Of a stretch of DNA of 64,000 nucleotides, positions 54,361 through 64,000 are shown in pieces. The position numbers and the translations under genes are program-made. Every line of letters begins with the position of its first letter. Positions within the stretch are counted from its first letter, which is position 1. The stretch is from the NCBI GenBank assembly GCA_012295275.1, contig CM022673.1, positions 8,556,001-8,620,000 on the forward strand, given 5' to 3'. The notes under the pieces were generated by a model. The model was not told the DNA's origin. It did not search any database and saw only the letters and a program-made list of their open reading frames with translations. Source of the DNA: Chrysomallon squamiferum (lineage: Eukaryota; Animalia; Mollusca).

Positions 54361-54710
54361 TTTTATAGCTGCACCCATAAATATCCTAATCTACTTCACA
54401 CATCTTAGCCTACATTTTTCTATTGTATATTTTTCTTTGCATTTACTTCATGACATTTGTTTACATTGTTTTTATGACTTTATATTGTGCATAAATCATT
54501 ATTTTAATTATTAAATAGCTGTTAGGTGAACTGAAGTTTAATTTTATAGTTAAAGGCAACATTCGCGATTTCCTAGATTGTTGAATTTTCCGGACCTGCA
54601 ATCCCCCTTATTGAGAGTCAACAATATATGTGTAAAGAGACAATAGTTTCGATTTTCTTGTTGTTGTTGTTTTTGTTTAATTACATCATAACTCTTGATT
54701 CAGAATCAAT

Positions 54711-54781
54711 TCCGTGATCGTAGTATGGTTAGTACCTTGAGCTATGGTGGCAATAACTCTGGTTTGAAACTTGGTCTTTAC
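54711..54781 (+). pseudogene. Decayed full-length tRNA-His copy
   Basis: tccgtgatcgtagtatggttagtaccttgagctatggtggcaataactctggtttgaaacttggtc is collinear with the intact gene; B box and acceptor stem broken. Confidence 0.8.
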
Positions 54782-54954
54782 AATTTGGTTTATTCCTCGT
54801 CTTTTTTTCTTTTTCTTATTATTATTTCGTTTTATTTCTTTAAAAACATAATTATTGCTACTAGTTATCTTCGTAATTAATTAAAAATAGGAATATAAAT
54901 GTACGTAATGAAAAGTTGATATTATTTTATAAACTATTATTTGCAAAAATTAGT

Positions 54955-55372
54955 GGTTTGTTGGGCGGGAGCTTCCCCATGCAGTTCTCCCATGAATCAT
55001 TCCATTAAACGCCTTCATCCGCATTTAAGGTCAACTGTATATAGAGTCCCATTAGAAAATTCATTGATAATATTATCATCCATACATTACAGATTTTGCA
55101 AGATTAGTCGTTCGATGTATTCTAAATGTATAAGGTAAAATAAATAGTGAATAACGTTTATTTGCATTCACGCACCGAGTGTCTGCCGCATTCACTCCCA
55201 AGTGTACCGAGGATGCACGCATGCGCATTTGTATTCTCTATTCACTGGAAACCGGTGACTTTTCGCAGTCGACGATGAGGGTTTGGTATCATTGATTTGT
55301 TAGCGTCTTGTTATTATTTTTTACCAGTGACCATGTCCGCTGAGACTTTAGAGACAGAAACACTGGCAAGTC
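54955..55372 (+). promoter_or_regulatory. Probable promoter and non-coding first exon of the FAR gene
   Basis: Last CpG-rich patch before the CpG-poor FAR body; NRF1-like GCATGCGCA at 55219-55227; GGGCGGGA near 54963; possible GC donor CTG|GCAAGT near 55365. Confidence 0.4.
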
Positions 55373-55691
55373 TGCATGTTTTGTTTTAATCATATTTATT
55401 TTATTTTGTTAAACTGTAGTTCGGGATACAACATTAATAAATTAATGTGCATGGTATGAACTATGATGGTGTAGGTAAAAACGAACCGCATACCATACAT
55501 ATCAAGTCCAGTACTCGTACTGGCATTCAAAAGCATCTAAATAATTCTAACATTTTAGCTTTTGCAGCGATTTGTTTTTATTTTTCGTTAGCAATTAAAC
55601 CTTCCTATACTTAAGTATACAGTGCCGAGTGCAGCGTGTCATAGAATGAATGACTCCACGGAACTGTTGACAAAACCTCAGTCAACGATAG

Positions 55692-55742
<51 letters not shown>

Positions 55743-58700
55743 CGTTCGTCACAAGTTATTTAGTACCATATGTGTTTTATTCATTTAAATACAAATACTA
55801 GTATACTATAAATTATAATAGTTAATACTATTAATAGTATAATAATGTTACTTAATGCTGACGTACATCTGAACTATGTAAATTAAATAAGCCATTATAT
55901 TTTCAAAACAGATTAAATTTAAATTATTAGCTTAATTGTAATAAAATATGAATTATTCAAACAATAATTAACTTCAGTTATATAAACTATATTAATTGTT
56001 TCATTGTTGTGCAAAATACTCACATGCACACAGTGACATACAAATGCAGTATAATACACACTAAAACTTGTCTCCTCCAGTAACATAAAGCAGAATAATT
56101 TTACATCACAAAAATGTTTTGACAGTGACTGACAATTTTATAGAAACAAACGTGAATTTAGTTCAGAGCCAGCTTTTAAGTTTATTGCAGTAGTAATGAA
56201 ATCAGAAAGTGTAAGGATAGAAAAGTTTAATTAATTGCCTAAATTTTATTCCAACTGTACACTGATTTTTGATAATAATAAAGTTATCAGGTAAAAGTAA
56301 TGAGTTCAATTTCAGAATCGTTTGATTCATATTTACTACATTATTAATATGTAGTAATAATGATAACAATTTTAATAATAGTGTTTAAAAAACTCACTGA
56401 ATAAACCATTGCAAAATAGCTATTATTATTTCTATGAACAAAGTAATGTCATTGTAAACTTTCAAATAGTTGATTCCTAGCTTACATAAAAGGTTATTAT
56501 TTTAAATCATCAAATTTTATTATTATATAAGAAGTATTGTAATTTTTATTTCAGATGCAAGGATGAACAGAGGCCAAAAATACTTTAGTCCATTAAGGCT
56601 TAAATCAGGGGTTTTCTCAGTGGGGAATAAGATAGTATTTTCCTTATCATTAATCAGATTAATCCTTGTATACTCAATTTCATCAAGAAATGTATAAAAA
56701 TACATTTATCACTGACATTAAATAATTTATTTGTTCTTTAGTACTGTATATTGTTTGGTGTTATTAAACAAAAATCTATATACCGTTGCACTGATATTAA
56801 AATTAAGTAAAAAATTAAAAATGTGAAAGATTTAGTATATGCAACGTATCATCATACATCTGTCTTTTGCATAGGCTTTCTGCCATGTTATTATGACTCC
56901 AGCTGTCTTAGTATTAATAGTTCTTGCAGAACATTTACCTTGTATTGATAGGCTTTTCATGAGTGTAATAAGATTAACACATTCTGTATCTGAAATGCTT
57001 GTTAGAAGGTTAAAGTACAGTGACATTAGAGCATGTACTAGTGACCATCTTGACCCTGCTAAATTGACTGTCTGATTAGATATTTAAATCGCATGTTCAT
57101 ATGTCAGGATAGATTTTGTAACACATTGGCTAGGATTAACTTTTAAGGAGCAGTTCAAATAATTTAGACATTTTAGTTATTTTATACATGTGTGCATTTT
57201 TACATGCAAAAATACTTTCGACACATGTTCCGGATGATTAATAGTGCATTATATGTCTATTTATAAGTGTGTTTTTGTAGGTATGTATATTTTCTTTTTC
57301 CAACTAAATTTTAGTTTAAAAATAGAGGCTTTATTTTGTTAACTGAACATAGATGAAGATTTATTTGCCATTTTCATGTAATTTTTGAAAGCTGTTTTAG
57401 GTTTTTGTGCTAACTGGGGAATCATTGCTTCTCAGGGTCCAGCCTCCTTGATGTGCTCATTTTGTTTTCCAGCTAATGTTTAGTAATAGTACATCTTAAA
57501 TAATGACCATTTGTACTGAATGACTGAGCCTAACACCAAAATACTGAAGTGACAGTAAACATTCATTCATTCATTGATTCTTTCACATGGATCCATACGC
57601 CATTAACCTTGAATACGATTAATACAAGTGATTGATAAATCAAGTTTATTTTTCCATGGATCACTGAATAATCTATGAATAAAAATCAATTTGTTATTGT
57701 GGTACTGAATAGAGTGCTAAATATATTAATATGAAAGTACATAATGTCCAGCACTAAATTTTCAATACATCAATATTTTATTGTAGTGTTAAGTAAAATG
57801 ACATACACAATAAATACAGCCATGTTAACATAATGTTTACTGAAATTCTGAATACAGTCAATGATATGTCAGTATTAAATTACTTAATGTACTGATTGTT
57901 GTTAAATAACAATCCATTAAATACCAATATATATTAATAAACTATTACATAAAATGTCTTTATTACAGATATCATTAATTTATATATTAACAGCATATTA
58001 ATTCAGTGCTGAACATAAAGCTGTCAATACATAAATTTTAAATCACGTTGTACACAAGTGCAGTATTAAGAAAGACCCTATCAAGTAAAAATACATTACA
58101 AGAAATACAGCTCTTTAAATAAAATGCTTTACTAGATATGAAATTGTAATGTATAAAATATGGTTGAAATAAATATTTCTATATTCTAATGTACCTTTTT
58201 TATTTGCATTTCTTGAAACTTGGCTATAATTCAGCTAATATTGATTTTTGCAATACTTAATAATTTTATGTATGATACTAACTATATATAAAATATAATA
58301 TAGTTAACCATATATTTCAACCAAAATGTATTTGCTCTAATGTCACTAGAATCTTTTTGCTATATAATGTATATATCAAAACTTTTGTATCTTGCAGATG
58401 GCTTTCACAGCAGTTCTGATCCATTTTTTTTCATATGATCTATATTTTTTGTTATAGACAGAAAAGCATACCATAGCCTTTGATAACCAACACTTACTGA
58501 AACAACCAATAGGTAGAAAATGAGAATTCTGTGATTTTAGCATAAACCACTAAGCTACATGCTGTTCAATATCTGTCAACACTTTGTTAATTTATACTTT
58601 TATGTTCTTGTATGAACTGTGTGTCATCCCTTAAATCATATGTGTTATCTTATAGTAAAGATAAATGCATTATCACATGTAAGATGATGAGTTACAAGGT

Positions 58701-59156
58701 CCAAATAAAGAGATAGATATCAATATATTTTTTAATTAATTAGGTTAATTACCTCCCTGAAGACAAATACAATTTATATTTTGTTGTGTTGTTTTGGTTT
58801 GTTTTGTTTTAAATTTTCAAAAAGATCTTTCCCATTCTTAATTATCTTTCATATGTTTTCTTTTTCCTTTTTTCTGTTATTTTTGTTTATTTTTTAGTTA
58901 TGACTTAAGCATGTTTTTTTTTTAGTAATGGGAGTCATTAAAAGTATGTAACTGTATCTTTGAATTGAAGGTAGAAATGCTGCAGACATACTAGGTTACA
59001 GTGATCTTGGATGTTACTGATGTGAGCGTTTTTGCTAAAAGAGGTTGTCAAAAACCGTAACAAATGATATTTCTAGCCTTACTAGTTACAGTACTTACAA
59101 ATTATATGTATTTAAAAAATTAATTTTATTGTTTTGTTTGTGGAAATGTTTTCCTT

Positions 59157-59193
<37 letters not shown>

Positions 59194-59735
59194 ATATAAA
59201 AAGAAATGTGCTTATTGACAAACATTAATAAAGCTATAATAATGTTTTTATAATTTCTGGATTAATAAGTAATAAAATAGGCTGACAGGTGTTTTTATGG
59301 TATGCTACAAATGCAGTCTGACAAAGGTTATTTGGTTTAATAATTGAGAGTTAAACATTTTACAGTTGCAAACCTTTTTCTGCTGCTGTAAAATTCTTTA
59401 TCTGATTCAAATTATTTTCCCCATTTTCCTGTTCCATATAAATGATATATATTTTATTGTAAATTGACAGTGGAAATTTTTTTTTTTTATATAAATTTCT
59501 TTTTGCTTTATCGTATTGGTATTTATTTTTATTACAAGAAATTATTTATTTAATAAAACAATTTACCATTATTTAACACTTGAATAAATATGTCAGAAGC
59601 CTGATGTGTAAACTATTCAACAGTGATTCACAGAATAAAATGTGTCTTATAGACAGGTGACTTGTAGGGAACATTGATAATATGGTTAATTACAATTTAT
59701 TTTGTTTTTAGATTTAATGGAATAAACTTAGCACT

Positions 59736-59930
59736 ATGGCTACTCCATCGATTGCTGAATTTTATCGTGGTCGCAGTCTGTTTATCACAGGAGTCACAGG
59801 ATTTTTGGGTAAAGTGCTCCTTGAGAAGCTCCTACGTTCCTGTCATGGACTCAGCACTTGCTATGTTCTTATTCGTCCAAAGAAAGGTCTCTCAGTGGAA
59901 GAACGATTAGAACAGCTACTACAGTCAAAG
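59736..59930 (+). CDS. FAR1: FAR coding exon 1
   Basis: [27 protein letters not shown]...LLQSK, donor GTTGAT. Confidence 0.95.
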
Positions 59931-62900
59931 GTTGATTATAATAATACTAATTACAATTATTTTTCATCCGAGATGAACAAATATTATTTATGTTAGCAAT
60001 TTAAATGAAGTACTAACTATTAACAGTAATTTTTACTCATCTATAACTTGAGATTGATATTAATATTAGTAATTTTTAAATTAATTTTTATAATTTTTAA
60101 ATTTTTTTTAAATATACCACGATCTCATTCTGTTCAGTATTCAGTCAGGCTAAATTCACTAATAAAATGTAATTAAATTTTTCAAAATATCTTCACATTA
60201 TTATTATTATGATTATGATAATTATTATTATTATTATTATTATTTCAGCTGTTTGAAAGGCTTAAGAAAGAACAGCCAGACTTTTCTTCCAAAGTTGTGC
60301 CCATTGCTGGTGACATCATGGAACCTCGTCTGGGAATTAGTGAGATTTCAGAGGAACTGCTGAGCAATGAGGTGTCCATTGTCTTTCATTCCGCTGCCAC
60401 TGTGAAGTTTGATGAGGAACTGAAGTAAATTTTACTAAAGCAGAAATTTTAATTGTTTGTTTATCAGATTATTTATTTTTAGAATTAAATTATTCATATG
60501 TTCTGTGGATTTTATGTGAGGGAAAAATAATGATGAAGGTTCAAACAGAATGAAAAAGTAAGTAGGGTGATGATGATGGGGATGCAGAATCCATGTGTGG
60601 GTCTTGCAGTTTTATTCAGACAGAAAGAATGGGAAAAGGTACAAGAGAGAATGAATGAATGGTAGATGGATATAGTTGATGAATGTCAGTGTTCCCTCTC
60701 AGCTGCATGACTGTTGCTGTGTTGTTGCATGCGCATCAGAATGTTGCCTCTCATTTTAATTTACAAAATATGACTGTTTTGGACCCATTACATTTCCATT
60801 TTTGCTCAAAGCATCAAAAGTTCTGCTCCTTTGAGATTTAAACAAATTTGTGGGAATGCTGACTGAATTTAAAGAAATTTAATGTGTATATAAGTATTCC
60901 TATTTTTAAGAGGTGAAGTGAGTGAAAGAAGATTAAAGAAACAATAAATGAGTTAACTGAAAAATAATTAGGCCTACCAACAAATTTAAAGAATTTTAAA
61001 ATATATGTCAAATTCATTTTGAGATAAAGACAGCTGTTTTTTATAATTTGTTATTATTGAAGTGAAAAATAACCGACCATCCATGAGGCATTACAACAAA
61101 GGCTAAAATTTGTTAGCTGAAAGGGAATAGCCATTGAAATAAGCATAATTTATTTTATCAAAAAATTAGTTCAATATGTACACAAGCTTAAAATTTTTTT
61201 TATTTGATTATAAATGAACCAGGGAAGTTAAATTATTGTTTTTATTCGTAATTAATCAACTTTCAGATTATCGGTTCAGATGAATGTTGTTGGTGTTCAG
61301 CGATTAATAGAACTGTGTCGCAAATTTCGTCACTTAGAGGTGAGTTGCTGTATTGTTTGGTAAAAGTAGTTTGTATTTCTGTGGAAGAACACTATCAATA
61401 ATGGAATTACTAAACTTTGGGTTAATTCTTAACGTATTAGATGAAATACACTCTATATCTAATTAAATCTGTAACACAAAATTCTAACTCTGTAGGTCAG
61501 ATAACTCAGACTTCTGTATTGTGTGGACAAGAACATAATCTTGAACCAATGGGAGATTTTAAACTGTTTGAATCCAAGTTTGATAAATGACTGGACACAG
61601 GACTGGATATTCTTCAACCCTTTTATGTCATTGTGTATTAAAATGTTATGATTTGTCTTCCAAATTTTGGAACATTATTTGTAAAAGATGTCCAACATGT
61701 TAAAATTCCATTGAGATAATCCAACATATTTGTAAATGTTGTTTTTGCAGGCAGTGGTACATGTTTCAACAGCTTATTCTAACTGTCACAGGAAGATGAT
61801 TTCTGAGATGGTCTATGACCCACCTCTTCATCCACAGAAACTCATAGATGCTGTTAGGTATGCTGTTATTTTATTTTATAATTATTTTTCTGAATTTTGT
61901 TTTTAATATAATTTAACTGAAATTCAGTGTACAACATAGGATAGTTCTTAGCGTAATAATACAATAGTCTTGTGTTGCTGATATGTTTTTATATTAGTTA
62001 GCCGTATTTTTATTTAACATATTCATTTTGGTTTTATATAATTATACACAAATATTTAATATGTTCTGAAGCTCATTATGATTATCTTTTATTTAAATAT
62101 TTAAATACATTTCTCCTTCAGTTGGTTGGATAATGATGCACTGAATTCACTAACTACCAAACTTGTTGGGAAACATCCTAATACATACACATACACAAAG
62201 GCCATGGCGGAGTATCTGTTGGTAGAAGAAAAAGGAGATTTGCCTATTGCTATAGTGAGGCCTTCAATTGTGGGAGCTTCGTTGTCAGAACCTGTTCCTG
62301 TAAGTATAATAGTGATTTCCCATTCAAATCAGTGCACCACAAATGGAATGTCAAACATTATGGTATGTGTCTGCAAGAAACATTCTTTGCAGCCAACTGA
62401 TGCTGAACTGTTCTTTGGGATTTTAAAATAGTAAATGTTTTCAAACCAAAACCATTTAATGTGATGATAAACTTTATTATATATTCACCATAATTACAGT
62501 AATGCTTTTGATACTTGTATAAGAATGATATTCTGTGCTTAAACCATAATATTAATCTTTTAGTCTCTGGTATAAAATGAATTATTACAAGAGATGAAAA
62601 AAGATTATAGCATGTATAAACAATTTTAGTACATGTAAATTAAATTTATTTTAGAGTTTTATTGTACCCAAAGAAGAAAAAGCTACTACCTATATATAAT
62701 AAGAAGACAGAAATAAACAAAGAGAAGTTTAAATAGTTCAGTTTTCATCTAAAATTATACATATAGTTTGGATTGTATAGAAAGCTTGTTTTTGTTTTAT
62801 TTATAGGGCTGGGTTGATAACTTCAATGGACCAACAGGCATTTTGGCTGCAGTAAGTTCCAGTTTAGATTCATTTTGCTTCTTTAATCACCCAGTATATT

Positions 62901-63492
62901 ATATTTATTTATTTATTTATTTTATTTTCATTTTTTTCTTCTTTACATGATTTGAAATTTTCATATTAGTATCATTATTATATTATTTTAGTTTCAGTTA
63001 AATTAGTTAGGAAATTGAAAACGATTAGAATAATCTGAAAATGTTTGTAATATATGCTAATACACCATATAATTCCTTCTTTTTTAATAACTCTCTTAGG
63101 ATTTAACTCAAATTTACTGTATGTTTGTTAATGTTAAATAAACATATCCTAAAAACTGACAGCCAAATTGTAGTAAGTGTTCAATCAACAATATCAATTA
63201 CTTATTTATTTTTGTTTTAATTTAGAGGCGTCAATGTGATTAACAGTAGAACAAATGCTGGTCACAGCAATAGCAATGAAGAAGAAAATTGTATAGGTTT
63301 AACAAGCTAGAAACGAATTCTCACATTTTACTATCTGTTTATTATAAATGAAAAATTTCTTTTTTAATTTCAGATTGGGAAAGGCTTGCTAAGAATAATG
63401 TGTGGAAATATCCGAGCCACTGCAGACATTGTTCCTGTAGATATAACAGTGAAACTGATGATAACTGTTGCCTGGGATACAGCAGTTAACAA
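59736..63492 (+). CDS. FAR1: Fatty acyl-CoA reductase, 3'-partial. join(59736..59930,60249..60424,61267..61339,61751..61857,62122..62299,62807..62851,63374..63492); continues beyond the window
   Basis: Rossmann motif [37 protein letters not shown], catalytic YxxxK in [33 protein letters not shown]; all GT-AG introns in phase; in-frame TAA upstream of the ATG. Confidence 0.96.
60249..60424 (+). CDS. FAR1: FAR coding exon 2
   Basis: [22 protein letters not shown]...[13 protein letters not shown]. Confidence 0.95.
61267..61339 (+). CDS. FAR1: FAR coding exon 3
   Basis: [24 protein letters not shown], donor GTGAGT. Confidence 0.93.
61751..61857 (+). CDS. FAR1: FAR coding exon 4
   Basis: [25 protein letters not shown]...IDAV. 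Confidence 0.94.
62122..62299 (+). CDS. FAR1: FAR coding exon 5
   Basis: WLDNDAL...[13 protein letters not shown]...[16 protein letters not shown], donor GTAAGT. Confidence 0.95.
62807..62851 (+). CDS. FAR1: FAR coding exon 6 (45 nt)
   Basis: [15 protein letters not shown], donor GTAAGT. Confidence 0.94.
63374..63492 (+). CDS. FAR1: FAR coding exon 7
   Basis: [39 protein letters not shown]. Confidence 0.93.
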
Positions 63493-64000
63493 GTATTTTT
63501 TTTTTTTTTTAATTATCTTTATTCTAGAATTAGTTGTATTATTATTTCTTTTCATTCTTTCTCTTTTTTTTCTTCCTTTCTCTAATTAGTTTATTTATTT
63601 ATTTATTTATTTCTTTCTTTTCATTTCTGTCAAACTCTACTGTTTTATTATTTAGAATGTAATTCAGACATAGTTCAGTATAATTAATTTTTTTTTTTTT
63701 TTCAAAAATCAATATTCAGACATAGTTCAGTATAATGAACACAACAGGACAGATCAAAACAGACTATTGGGGACAAACAACACATGTTTGTTTATTTATT
63801 TAAATTTTATTGGGGATATTTATTTATTTATTTATTTTTTATTTATTTATTTTTACTGTTTGTCTGTTTTGTGTGGGTGTTCATTAATTTTGGATATTTG
63901 TGCATTTAAAAAAATTAATACTTAAAATATTAAAATCTAAAATGTTAATTTATAATTGTATTAAAAAAAAAATCAGTTTTCATTTTTGTTGTCAAAATTT

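Noticed and set aside
63660-63737. 24-bp duplication attcagacatagttcagtataat
   Set aside because: Ordinary local intronic duplication with no further structure.

Overview
AT-rich, microsatellite-dense genomic DNA from an invertebrate animal (probably a mollusc or other lophotrochozoan; this is inference from composition and intron style only). Almost all ORF-track entries are microsatellite artefacts; the real genes are spliced and were assembled by hand. The window contains: (1) the 5' end of an unidentified minus-strand gene leaving the left edge (candidate exons 6440-~6690, 2786-2849, 64-164); (2) a complete class I Rab11 family-interacting protein gene (C2 domain + FIP-RBD; + strand, 14555-34501; 10 core exons, 560 aa) with a probable 135-nt cassette exon and a possible alternative terminal exon; (3) a 67-aa NUPR1/p8 gene on the minus strand (42528-41876), absent from the ORF track and tail-to-tail with Rab11-FIP; (4) one intact tRNA-His(GTG) at 48398-48469 among several decayed tRNA-His copies; (5) an unidentified two-exon unit at 53504-53831 between two copies of a duplicated block; (6) the first seven coding exons of a fatty acyl-CoA reductase (+ strand, 59736 to beyond the right edge). 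CpG density alternates in blocks that track the gene bodies, and 51924-52400 looks like a consensus/polishing artefact. I found no convincing wholly new biological system; the best leads are the unidentified exons, the Rab11-FIP isoforms and the tRNA-His relics.
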